Virus record (IMG/VR): IMGVR_UViG_3300030329_002967
Coordinates: 6,710-70,709 of that record
Direction: 5' to 3' (one strand)
DNA from: a virus
DNA: 64,000 nt
Under the pieces are notes generated by a model. It was not told where the DNA came from, searched no databases, and was given only the letters and a program-made list of their open reading frames with translations. A program made the position numbers and the translations under genes. Positions 40,188-48,944 of the stretch are shown one piece after another (position 1 is the stretch's first letter; every line of letters starts with the position of its first letter).

Positions 40188-40397
40188 TTACTGGTTTGTA
40201 GCAAACTCGAATGCTGTATCTGGCTGAAAGTCAGGACTAATTGCTTGCCCTGTATACCCATCATCAAATCCGTCAGTCTCGAATAGCTCGACACCGTCAA
40301 GGCATTCAGTTGGTACATCGTCAAGCATTGCGTCAAACATTCTCTCATAATCGACCCCTTGAGGTTCGCCGTTATTGATATTATTTTCTGTAAACAT
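40188..40397 (-). CDS. small acidic protein
   Basis: D/E-rich ORF with a promoter directly upstream. Confidence 0.55.
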   Translation of the reverse strand: MFTENNINNGEPQGVDYERMFDAMLDDVPTECLDGVELFETDGFDDGYTGQAISPDFQPDTAFEFATNQ

Positions 40398-41018
40398 GAT
40401 AATATTTTAACCCATCCTTTAACCTTTGCAATAAAAAAGATACATTATTTCAATATATTTATCAGACATTATTATAATTACTATAATACAGCACCTCCTC
40501 CTATATTGTTGTTCATTTGAACACCCCTATATCTTTTTTACGGAATCTGTGTAAAAACACCACCAGTGTAAAGATGAACACCATGTAAACGTGAACACCT
40601 CGTAGATATTGATACCACATATAGCACTAACTACCTATTCGGTGAGCTTGCGATGGAACTGGAGGCGTGGTCATTCGGCGGGGCCACGATAACCCTGCAC
40701 CGCATAATCGCATATAGAGGTAGTAGCCAGCAAGGTAGTAGCGCAAGGTGATGTACCTTGGCGCATCACTTACTCAGTAAGGAATTGAACGGCGTTCAAA
40801 TATATGCCAGCCCCCCTGTAGCCCCTGTACATACAGATAGCTTAATCGCTAATATACTATATCGCCTAGGGGTAGCCTTGAACGTAGGCTAAGAATGTTA
40901 AGATAGGCTTAGATTAAAAAAAATAGATAAGGAGTAGCTTCCTCGGTAGGATTAGCCGTTGCTTATATGTAGGCTAAGATATTAATGATAAGGGTAGCTA
41001 CCGCACTAAGGTTAAACC

Positions 41019-41303
41019 TTAGGTAGAAGCGTAAGCTTCCTTATGTGCCTTAACTGCCTTCTTGACGGTATATGGATCTTCACATAGGGATACCCTAAAC
41101 TGTAGATCTAACATCTTGTTTACTTCAGTTAGGATAGCGTCGGCGTTGTCCTGCACCTCTACATATAGGTGTCGGGCCGAACCTTCGCCGCTACATGGGT
41201 GAGTCTCGTCGTAAACTCTCTTGCAGTCTTGCATGATGTTGATGCATACCTGTGCAATCTGTGCCATGCCCTCTAGTGATAAATTTTCAATTTTTTCAAT
41301 CAT
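41019..41303 (-). CDS. early hypothetical protein
   Basis: Promoter repeat at 41310-41338. Confidence 0.65.
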   Translation of the reverse strand: MIEKIENLSLEGMAQIAQVCINIMQDCKRVYDETHPCSGEGSARHLYVEVQDNADAILTEVNKMLDLQFRVSLCEDPYTVKKAVKAHKEAYAST

Positions 41304-41351
41304 GCTATTACTATAGCTTAGGTTAAGACCTTTGTCAAGTTATTTTATTTA

Positions 41352-41483
41352 AATAAAAGGTGTGAGGAGGGATTTACTTTTTACCCTCAACTTTCGGTTT
41401 CAACATATTGCAGTTTAACCTAATCGCACTCCGCTCTCTTCGCTCAGCCGGTTGGCCCCTGCTCAAGACACAGATACTTTATT
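41352..41483 (-). ncRNA. candidate structured ncRNA
   Basis: ORF-free, imperfect closing stem, internal GAGGG/CCCTC hairpin, 3' U-rich tract. Confidence 0.4.
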
Positions 41484-41504
41484 GCTGTTGTAACAATTAT
41501 TCAG

Positions 41505-41810
41505 TCACTCACGTTGAGGAGCTACCTCAAAATTCATATCATCACTTAGTTGCTGTAAGCATTCCATAACATCGGTAAGTGATGCATCTACTGCGTCTAC
41601 CGTCTTATGTACATTACTCACCCTAGCTAACAGTAACGCTATAGTTATCTTGCTTAATTGGTCACTTGGGATTAACTCATCACCGCACACACACCGTAAT
41701 GCATTAACTGAAACTTCCACGGTTCCATGTGGGGAAGGTAGTTTAAGTTCCCTCGGTACTAGGTCGTAATAACCATCGCCGCATTCTGTACAACAAATTC
41801 CTTCTTTCAT
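41505..41810 (-). CDS. zinc-ribbon protein (YgiT/MqsA-N-like)
   Basis: CTEC...V.V.A.RC.CG.E. Confidence 0.6.
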   Translation of the reverse strand: MKEGICCTECGDGYYDLVPRELKLPSPHGTVEVSVNALRCVCGDELIPSDQLSKITIALLLARVSNVHKTVDAVDASLTDVMECLQQLSDDMNFEVAPQRE

Positions 41811-41814
41811 CGTG

Positions 41815-41985
41815 CTATTTCTTAGCCCTAAGACCTATGTCATATCGCTGAGTGGTATGCTTATACCATACAGCCATACGCCGATCCTCTTCTTTCTGCT
41901 TTATCCTTTCCAACTCGTGAGCAGTAGGTTTGGTAGCTTTCAATACTCTATTCCTCTCAAGGATACTTTTTTTAAATGGACTCAT
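41815..41985 (-). CDS. 56-aa basic early protein (absent from track)
   Basis: ORF directly behind promoter 41995-42023. Confidence 0.5.
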   Translation of the reverse strand: MSPFKKSILERNRVLKATKPTAHELERIKQKEEDRRMAVWYKHTTQRYDIGLRAKK

Positions 41986-42036
41986 CGTACTATTACTATA
42001 GCATAGTATAAAACCTTTGTCAAATAAAAAAGGCTA

Positions 42037-42129
42037 CTATTTTCTTGGTTTAGATACCGCAAAGAACCTAAGCACTGCTACCATAATTAGTAGCCAAAAT
42101 ATTAAACCAACTATAACTAATGGACTCAT
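42037..42129 (-). CDS. 30-aa single-TM peptide (absent from track)
   Basis: MSPLVIVGLIFWLLIMVAVLRFFAVSKPRK. Confidence 0.5.
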   Translation of the reverse strand: MSPLVIVGLIFWLLIMVAVLRFFAVSKPRK

Positions 42130-42618
42130 TACTTACCTTCCAATTCATCGATTATTTCAATGAGTTCATCTACCTTATCTTCAAGCTTTCTAAACCTTGA
42201 CTCGATAGCGTCCAACACCTCTTGCCATGACCTCAATTCTGTACGGGGTATATCGTTATCACTCATTGCTTTTACTAATCTATTGGCTGACGGCGTAAGC
42301 GTTTCTCTAAGATGCGCTTATACTTCTTAGCTTTAGCGGCTGAATTACCTCCACGGTGAAACTGCCCGTCCTCTTGCTTTGAACCTTTCATTATTCTCTT
42401 CATCATGCTTAACTATAGCACAAGTTAAAACCTTTGTCAACTAATTATATCAACTAATATTCGATAGTATTGAAACCGTTACAAGTGCCATTGGCATAAT
42501 TATAAAGCCCACGACATTGAATATAAACTGGGGTCTGCGGTTAGGTTTACCTTCTTCGTAGTATACTCCTCCCATCTCTTCCCACCATAGGTACAGGCGG
42601 GTACTCCACTTAGTTTTT

Positions 42619-42819
42619 TTATTTTTCATTATTTATCGTGTCAGCAATAAGCTCATTAATTCTCGTAAGGTTACGCTCTACTAGCCTTGCTTGAATACTG
42701 GCTTCAAGCTCATCAAAGGGCTTACCGATCTTAGTTATCTGACCTATTGCGTTTAGGGCCAGTGCTGTATTAGCTTCTATGCGAGCTAGGAGTGCGTGTG
42801 TATCGGTTGATATTCTCAT
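42619..42819 (-). CDS. early hypothetical protein
   Basis: ORF in the early unit. Confidence 0.5.
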   Translation of the reverse strand: MRISTDTHALLARIEANTALALNAIGQITKIGKPFDELEASIQARLVERNLTRINELIADTINNEK

Positions 42820-42824
42820 AGTCC

Positions 42825-43046
42825 TTAGATTCGTGATTCGTTTGAGCAGAGCTTGTCGGCTGATCTTCTGGCCTCGTCCTCTGCTCTATGCCATTCGGCT
42901 TCCTGATCCAGTTCTTCCTGCTCTATCATTTCGATAATGTCAGTCTCGTGAATAAGGTGGCCTCCTGCATCCTCGTAATACTCACTCGCTGGGTGAGAGG
43001 TAATGTGGTTGGCTTCGATATAATCTTTAATTTTTTCTTCCATCAT
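42825..43046 (-). CDS. early acidic hypothetical protein
   Basis: ATGATG start 6 nt from the -10 box. Confidence 0.65.
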   Translation of the reverse strand: MMEEKIKDYIEANHITSHPASEYYEDAGGHLIHETDIIEMIEQEELDQEAEWHRAEDEARRSADKLCSNESRI

Positions 43047-43099
43047 GATCTTACTATAGCACAGTCTAAAACCTTTGTCAAATAAAAAAGGTATTTATT

Positions 43100-43288
43100 T
43101 TAACTAGGGTGGGTAAGGGTGGTAACGGTAATATCATTAACGTGCTGGCGATCCCAATCATCGAACCCATCCATTAGATTATCGACCTTAACATCAGCAT
43201 CATCACGGGTGTCGAATGGGCCGTATACGGTGGCCCCGCAATTATCCCAACTCACTACTACAACTAGTTTATCTCCTTGTTTCATCAT
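43100..43288 (-). CDS. early hypothetical protein
   Basis: ATGATG start 5 nt from the -10 box; YGPF motif. Confidence 0.65.
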   Translation of the reverse strand: MMKQGDKLVVVVSWDNCGATVYGPFDTRDDADVKVDNLMDGFDDWDRQHVNDITVTTLTHPS

Positions 43289-43322
43289 GCCCTATTATAT
43301 CACAGTCTAAAACCTTTGTCAA

Positions 43323-43649
43323 CTAAAAAGAACTACTATATTCAATATCTGGGAACTCAATACGATGCCTCAACTCATCTTGGCCTCTCATCGCATGAAG
43401 CGAGCTTTCGCCTCCTATATGAAACTCGATACGCTCATCATCCGAGAACTCCCTGTACTCTTTCCAATCGTAAATCGTAAAGAATGAGCCATCGCTGGTC
43501 AGCATATCCCATTCAACTGTTGTCTTATCACCACCTCCACGCCAGCACGGTTCACCGCACACTGCTTTAATCTGATTTACAGACGCTAATATCGTCTGCC
43601 CGTGAAAACTTGTACTAATGAACGGAGTATTTTTTGCTTGTTTCATCAT
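43323..43649 (-). CDS. conserved phage early protein
   Basis: G.P....GDK...EW, FTIYDWK, FHIGG motif common in phage hypotheticals. Confidence 0.7.
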   Translation of the reverse strand: MMKQAKNTPFISTSFHGQTILASVNQIKAVCGEPCWRGGGDKTTVEWDMLTSDGSFFTIYDWKEYREFSDDERIEFHIGGESSLHAMRGQDELRHRIEFPDIEYSSSF

Positions 43650-43717
43650 GCTTTAATATAGCACACCCTAAAACCTTTGTCAAATAAAAAGAGCATTTAT
43701 TTTATGCGTTATTTAAC

Positions 43718-43746
43718 TTGACAAAGGATATAACCTGTGTTATATT
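43718..43746 (+). promoter_or_regulatory. divergent plus-strand promoter with no downstream ORF
   Basis: TTGACA-17-TATATT, back-to-back with the copy at 43655-43683. Confidence 0.75.
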
Positions 43747-43810
43747 AAGAGGGCGGTTAGTGAGATGGGTTGCCATTGGGTACGCTGGCCTAGAGTTCCG
43801 CTTAAAGGTT

Positions 43811-43928
43811 AAAAAAAGCGGCTACCACGATTAGGAAAACACCTACTCCTTCTCAGCCTAGAACCCCCTCTTGATTGAGAAGTCGAATGCAGGTGAAACT
43901 ACTCCCTACCTATGAAATCGTGGTAGCC
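43811..43928 (-). ncRNA. candidate structured ncRNA / long-stem terminator
   Basis: Perfect 13-bp IR GGCTACCACGATT/AATCGTGGTAGCC with nested CACCT/AGGTG and CTTCTCA/TGAGAAG stems, then T7 on the minus strand. Confidence 0.55.
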
Positions 43929-44126
43929 AAAGTGATCCTACTCGTACCAAGTAACCTTGGCAAGTGGGAATTTTTCAAGCACCTTAGCTACGAAAGCTTC
44001 TGCTGATCTGCGCTTGTAGCCAAATGGTCTAATTCTAGTCTCAAGGCCCGGTAATGTGTACTCTATTTCAATCATGCCTTACTATAACACAGGTTAAAAC
44101 ATTTGTCAACTAAAAAGATATACTAT

Positions 44127-44381
44127 TTAAATCATAACTGCGTAACCCTCGATGGCATCCTCTTCTCGGTCGCGTACGCCTTCGGTATAAGCGTTGGCCC
44201 AAGTCTCCCAATTATCCCCATCGTCTACGATGCCGATATTGGTTGGCATATTCACCCCGTTCTCCGCATCGAGTGCGTAGTATCCGATGTCGTAAGCGAC
44301 TTGGGCGATGGTGTTTTCGGTGACGTTGCCATCCTTATCGACAACTTCCTCATACTTCTTTCTTAGGGTTTCGTTCATCAT
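44127..44381 (-). CDS. early acidic hypothetical protein
   Basis: ATGATG start behind a promoter. Confidence 0.65.
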   Translation of the reverse strand: MMNETLRKKYEEVVDKDGNVTENTIAQVAYDIGYYALDAENGVNMPTNIGIVDDGDNWETWANAYTEGVRDREEDAIEGYAVMI

Positions 44382-44517
44382 ACCTAACTATATCACAGTA
44401 TAAAACCTTTGTCAACTAAAAAAGGTATTTAAATTGATGCTATCCCCATTAGTCTCCTCCTTTCGGATTGTAGGCGTGGTCTGACGCCTCGTTGTTCGGT
44501 CTTTCGACCTACACTAA

Positions 44518-44662
44518 TGGCTGTCCGTAGCAGGACTCGAACCTGCGACCTCCCCTTATACCATTAACAATGACTAGTTGCTTAAAGCGATACCAGCGAG
44601 TAGTCACTCTCTACTGGCTCTACTTCTAGGCGGGTTGCTCTGCCAACTGAGCTATACGGACA
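44518..44662 (-). tRNA. atypical tRNA-like RNA with a ~75-nt insert replacing the anticodon loop
   Basis: (T)GTCCGTA/TACGGAC(A) acceptor stem, TAGCTCAGTTGGCAGAGC D arm, AGGTC variable loop, GCAGG-TTCGAGT-CCTGC T arm, 3' GCCA; no canonical anticodon stem-loop. Confidence 0.75.
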
Positions 44663-44676
44663 TCAATTTAATTCTC

Positions 44677-44782
44677 ACTGATGACTCACTCCCATATAGG
44701 GTTAACGAGGAGTAATTACTTCCTCCATCGAACCGCTTGCAATCGGTTTCAACTTCACCCTATAGGGGAGTGAATCATCAGT
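44677..44782 (-). ncRNA. candidate structured ncRNA
   Basis: 25-bp closing IR with 2 mismatches enclosing two small hairpins; downstream of ATG-less promoter 44829-44857. Confidence 0.6.
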
Positions 44783-44892
44783 AATTTACGGGATAAGCTA
44801 CTTACTTTTACTTCACCTCCCGTGATTAAATATAGCACACCCTAAAACCTTTGTCAACTAAAAAGATATATTTTTATTTTTTATTTTTTTCC

Positions 44893-44920
44893 TTGACATA
44901 ATAAATAGTTATGCTATATT
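44893..44920 (+). promoter_or_regulatory. divergent plus-strand promoter
   Basis: TTGACA-16-TATATT with TG extension. Confidence 0.55.
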
Positions 44921-45042
44921 AGCACTGTTCGACAAATAGCCACGGTTGATGTAACCGATTGAACGATGTGCAAAATGCTCAATTCCTCAAAGGAGGTGGG
45001 ATTAAAACTTTCCCTATTCGGTAACCCCTAAAAAAACCTGCG

Positions 45043-45318
45043 CTACCGAAGAGCGGATAAAGGGGTCGGCTTAAACCATAAATCCCTCTCTATGCGAGCG
45101 GATGCCGCCTCAAAGGTAGACAAAGAGAAATAGCCTAGCTCACTCACATAGCCGTCCACAAGGCCAAAAAAGGTATCCTCACCATCAAACTCAGTTGCAT
45201 ACCAAGTGTAATTCCCAAAAGGGGTAAAGTACTTTACTATCGCCACTGGATCTTCCTCATGCTCAGTTGATCCAAGCTTAGGTAATTTACGTCGTAACTC
45301 TTTAGTTAATAATTTCAT
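45043..45318 (-). CDS. DUF2958-family protein
   Basis: LP.L...E......VK.FTP....TWY.TE.D....FFGLV.G...ELGYFSL, IERDL.F.P. Confidence 0.85.
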   Translation of the reverse strand: MKLLTKELRRKLPKLGSTEHEEDPVAIVKYFTPFGNYTWYATEFDGEDTFFGLVDGYVSELGYFSLSTFEAASARIERDLWFKPTPLSALR

Positions 45319-45343
45319 AATTAGTCTTAGTATAGCGGTACAA

Positions 45344-45499
45344 CTAAAAGCTTACCTTGCCCCTGCACTTAGCCTTACTCCTAGCCTTACGCTTATCTGT
45401 AATCCTACGGGTTCCGCTTACCATAAGCCAAGCGATAAACTTATCCCCACGCTTAACTCTGGCATGGGACACTGACTTTCTTTTTTTCGTTTTCATCAT
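45344..45499 (-). CDS. 51-aa highly basic protein (absent from track)
   Basis: MMKTKKRKSVSHARVKRGDKFIAWLMVSGTRRITDKRKARSKAKCRGKVSF; behind promoter 45505-45533. Confidence 0.6.
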   Translation of the reverse strand: MMKTKKRKSVSHARVKRGDKFIAWLMVSGTRRITDKRKARSKAKCRGKVSF

Positions 45500-45714
45500 A
45501 CCTAACTATAGCACATCCTAAAACCTTTGTCAAATAAAAAGACATACTTTATTGGTGATGTCTTTTAAGGCATATCCTGCGCCACTTCCTACGGGTAGTA
45601 GCAACATCCATGTCACAACTCTGTAGCAGACGCTTCCAACTCTCCCAGTTAGGTCTAGGCACGGGAGTCTCCTCCCATGCCCTTTTGCGTTCTTCGGGTG
45701 TAGTCACTTTCATA

Positions 45715-46125
45715 TTAATCTATTTCGTTACTGTAAGGACGCTTAGCGTCAACTACGTTCTTCCAACCATGACAATCCGCAACAAAGCCTTCGGACTCCA
45801 GAAACCCAACGTGCGAGCGAGCTTGCTCAACTGAGGTATCCATCGCATCAGCCAACTCATCAAAGTTCTCCCTACCGTTCAACACGATAGGACACTCGGA
45901 CGAGAAGATATACCTATTAAACGCCGCTCCTGCCCAATCAAGTCTACATCCCGTAAAGTCCCTAGGCACTCTCTGCTTACCCATAGCCGTCTGTACGCAC
46001 TCTTTAAGCCTAATGAACGAAGGACGAACCCCAAAATCTTCGGCGACTCTCCTACGGATCTCTGCTCCCTCCTTCAACTCGGCTGGGGTTGCCAGCCTTC
46101 CTTTATTTTTCTCTTTTTGCATCAT
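45715..46125 (-). CDS. early hypothetical protein
   Basis: ATGATG start behind a promoter. Confidence 0.65.
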   Translation of the reverse strand: MMQKEKNKGRLATPAELKEGAEIRRRVAEDFGVRPSFIRLKECVQTAMGKQRVPRDFTGCRLDWAGAAFNRYIFSSECPIVLNGRENFDELADAMDTSVEQARSHVGFLESEGFVADCHGWKNVVDAKRPYSNEID

Positions 46126-46184
46126 GTAGGTACATTAGCACAATAAAAAGATCTTTGCAAGTTTTATTTTCAATTATTTACAAA

Positions 46185-46214
46185 TAAAAAAAGGGAGGCT
46201 TTCGCCCCCCTTTA
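46185..46214 (-). terminator. Rho-independent terminator
   Basis: GGGGGGC-GAAA-GCCTCCC + T7 on the minus strand. Confidence 0.75.
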
Positions 46215-46217
46215 TTG

Positions 46218-46280
46218 TTATTTTTTGTTAATCTCGTCGTAGACAAGAATAGCCAGCAGTATTAATGCAAGTATTGTCAT
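46218..46280 (-). CDS. 20-aa hydrophobic peptide, copy 1
   Basis: MTILALILLAILVYDEINKK; paralogue at 50606-50668. Confidence 0.75.
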   Translation of the reverse strand: MTILALILLAILVYDEINKK

Positions 46281-46287
46281 AAATAAT

Positions 46288-46650
46288 TTAAACTACTACC
46301 ACCTCTACACGATCTTCCATTTCAGGAAAATCGCCCTTAATCTTTCCTGCAAGATAAGCTCTAGCTCTCTCCTTACCTACGTTGATCCACTCCCGTGAGT
46401 CAACAGGGCGGCCATTCACCTTAGGCAAGAAGTGTTCTTGGTGGAATCCAATCCCGGTTATCCCGTTAACTCGCTCCCTTGTGGTAGGGGTATTCCATCC
46501 TGCCAGCGTAGCAAACACTTCGCCATTTTCACGTTTGATAATCTTGTTACCAAACAGCCATACGCTTTCACCGTCCGTGTAAGTGTTATCCACTCTTAAC
46601 TCTCTGCCCGACTCAAATGCGGATTTAATTCGTTGTGTTATTTTTCTCAT
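46288..46650 (-). CDS. conserved phage early protein
   Basis: MRKIT..I..AF, NT, L.GN.I, GW.T.TT.ER.N motif. Confidence 0.7.
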   Translation of the reverse strand: MRKITQRIKSAFESGRELRVDNTYTDGESVWLFGNKIIKRENGEVFATLAGWNTPTTRERVNGITGIGFHQEHFLPKVNGRPVDSREWINVGKERARAYLAGKIKGDFPEMEDRVEVVVV

Positions 46651-46684
46651 GCTTTACTATATCACAGGTTAAAACCTTTGTCAA

Positions 46685-46855
46685 CTAAAAAGATGTAACT
46701 TCATCAATATAATTAACATTAAAATCATTATCTTCGAGTAGCTTTCTATCAGAGTAGTTCCTGACTATCTCTTCTGCTTCTTCTTTGTCCTTTGCTTCTA
46801 CTTCGTAGCAATTCATTATGCTAACGCCAACGTAGTATTTTTTCTTCTTACTCAT
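46685..46855 (-). CDS. small hypothetical protein (EVEA...EEA motif)
   Basis: AAGGAG Shine-Dalgarno before MSKKKKY. Confidence 0.55.
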   Translation of the reverse strand: MSKKKKYYVGVSIMNCYEVEAKDKEEAEEIVRNYSDRKLLEDNDFNVNYIDEVTSF

Positions 46856-46859
46856 CTCC

Positions 46860-47351
46860 TTATCTTCCATCTCTTTTATCCAGATCCTCTGGTTTCAGAT
46901 ACTCTGCTAGGTGTTGGCAATCCTCATCGGGGTAGTCATATACTTCTACGTTACCTTTTGAATCATGCTTATAGTTCCCGTCTTCATCCTTTAGTGCGTA
47001 GGATAAATCCCAAACTACTACTTCGTATTTTTTCTTCTTACTCATCTCCTTATCTTCCCAATCTATTGAATGAGCATAAACAAGTAACCCTTCCAAAGCC
47101 TGTGAAGGATCTGTAAGCTTTAATACAATATTGCACCCTTCATCTATAAGCTCCTCATTCTCAGAATTATCATAATCAAGTACCGCCTCTAAGGTTGGCG
47201 TATCTCTAACTATAACTGCTCTGTGATGCTGAAAAGAACGCTTACGAATTGCTCCAACGTCTCTAACCTTTAATGGATATACGAGAGTAGCTTCGTCGTA
47301 AGCTCTTGTGCAGGACTTCCTTATCTGTCTATACTTATTAGTGTTTTTCAT
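46860..47351 (-). CDS. early hypothetical protein, apparently two fused ORFs
   Basis: Internal SD + MSKKKKY identical to the start of the next gene. Confidence 0.55.
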   Translation of the reverse strand: MKNTNKYRQIRKSCTRAYDEATLVYPLKVRDVGAIRKRSFQHHRAVIVRDTPTLEAVLDYDNSENEELIDEGCNIVLKLTDPSQALEGLLVYAHSIDWEDKEMSKKKKYEVVVWDLSYALKDEDGNYKHDSKGNVEVYDYPDEDCQHLAEYLKPEDLDKRDGR

Positions 47352-47400
47352 CGTGCTTTACTATAACACAGGTTAAAACCTTTGTCAACTAAAAAGGCTA

Positions 47401-47982
47401 CTAATATTGATCTCCTTCCCTAGCGTATACTTCAACTCGCCTCTGAATTTCATCAAAGATTAAGTTAATAGTCTTCCGGCTAGTCTCCGTTCCGTAGTAC
47501 CCACTCCCATGCGTTCCTTCTTTGATTCTATTAACCCTCAGAGCCACTAACTTAAGTAACTCTTCACTGGTACAGGTTTCAAAAAAATCAGTATAAACAT
47601 CCCAATTCCATTCAACTCCATAAAGATCATTATCGGGTTTAGTAACAGGCTCTTCCTTATTCTTAGGAGCAGAGCAGAGCCGAGTAGACGCATACTCGCT
47701 TATATAAGGATTCATCCACTCCTTAACAAAATAATTAAGGGATCTTGTTCCTATAACTCCTTCATTAATAGGATGCCTACCTTTTCTATCATACCTATAT
47801 TGGATAGAAATGGAATTAGGTTTACCTGTCGCTTCCTCCACTGCCTTAATCGCATCCTCACCTACCCAATTCTGCTGAAGATAATGTTGGCGAAATCTTC
47901 CAACTTTACTGCAAACGCCATCAATTACTTCAGATGGGACGTTGCTCTCAATAAACTCTTTAATTGTTTCTATATTCATCAT
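47401..47982 (-). CDS. early hypothetical protein
   Basis: ATGATG start behind a promoter. Confidence 0.7.
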   Translation of the reverse strand: MMNIETIKEFIESNVPSEVIDGVCSKVGRFRQHYLQQNWVGEDAIKAVEEATGKPNSISIQYRYDRKGRHPINEGVIGTRSLNYFVKEWMNPYISEYASTRLCSAPKNKEEPVTKPDNDLYGVEWNWDVYTDFFETCTSEELLKLVALRVNRIKEGTHGSGYYGTETSRKTINLIFDEIQRRVEVYAREGDQY

Positions 47983-48037
47983 GCTTTTAATATAACACAG
48001 GTTAAAACCTTTGTCAAGTTATTTTATATAAGTTTTT

Positions 48038-48388
48038 TTAAGCTATCGCCTTCCTTCCTAACCCTTCCATATTTAGCTCTGGCCGCATCTCCTTAATCAT
48101 TGCAAGCTCACAGGCATGGGCTTCTTTCTTGCCTCGTATGATAGTCACTACTTCCCGTGTAAAGGCATCTGGCCCCGACTCTCTGATAGCATCAGCTATA
48201 CGAGTAACCTTACCGTACTGAAGTGCATTCCGTGTATGGGCCTTGAACCTATTCTTCACTGAACGAGTGAATGCCCTGCCTTCCGCTACTACCACACCTA
48301 TATACTGATCTCCTGTAGTATTGCAGGTAAGTTTATAAATCACATAGTTCCTATCGGAGCGTTTCTTGCGTGGTTTGTTTTTCATCAT
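48038..48388 (-). CDS. GIY-YIG-like nuclease-domain protein
   Basis: YVIYKLT...TG..YIG, R...H, E...I.....LN. Confidence 0.75.
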   Translation of the reverse strand: MMKNKPRKKRSDRNYVIYKLTCNTTGDQYIGVVVAEGRAFTRSVKNRFKAHTRNALQYGKVTRIADAIRESGPDAFTREVVTIIRGKKEAHACELAMIKEMRPELNMEGLGRKAIA

Positions 48389-48444
48389 GCCTACAGTATA
48401 CACAATAAAAGAACTTTGTCAAATAAAAAGATTGAACGACGTTC

Positions 48445-48625
48445 AAAAAAAATAGGGTCGGGAGAAACTCTTATATGCTGACTGTACGCCAACTAGTAAC
48501 TCCCGACCCCGGTATGATGAAAAAAGCTTGTAACAGTAACCAACCAAAGTTTTCGAGAATTTAAGATCCTGTTGTGGATCGCTCTATCACTTTGTAACTC
48601 CCTTGGTAGAGAGTGGTTACTGTTA
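48445..48625 (-). ncRNA. two tandem stem-closed candidate ncRNA elements
   Basis: IRs GGGTCGGGAG/CTCCCGACCC (48455-48509, followed by a T tract on minus) and TAACAGTAACCA/TGGTTACTGTTA (48531-48625). Confidence 0.5.
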
Positions 48626-48944
48626 AAATTATCTCCAATCGCCTATATGAACCACGTACTTATTCATATCAGGTGCTTCAATCTCAAAGGAAAGCTTCTC
48701 CATCTTCAGCCAGTAGATTAACTTAACCAACTGCTCTGTCTCGTATAATGTAATTGTGTCTCCCATCATGCTTTTACTATATCACAGGTTAAAACCTTTG
48801 TCAAATAAAAAGTGTTGGATTTTTGATAACGTGGATTTACCATTTATGGTGGGCTTACCATCGTTACTCTCAGACTCGCTGGTTTTCAACAGCAAGAGGT
48901 TATTTCTGCGTTTAGAAATTACCCAACTACCTTTGTACAAAATG

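Noticed and set aside
44518-44662. Canonical tRNA-Leu(TAG) or canonical tmRNA
   Set aside because: No 5-bp anticodon stem around CCTAGAA; no G3.U70 alanine acceptor, D stem present, too short for tmRNA; kept only as an atypical RNA
44720-44790. Hammerhead ribozyme (minus strand CTGATGA...GAAA CCG/CGG TT)
   Set aside because: Three extra nt (GTT) lie between stem II and GAAA, there is no stem I pairing, and CTGATGA is sequestered in the 25-bp closing stem
38103-48625. Retron msr-msd interpretation of the IR-closed RNAs
   Set aside because: No reverse transcriptase nearby and no recognisable msr/msd layout; cannot be excluded for the rest of the genome
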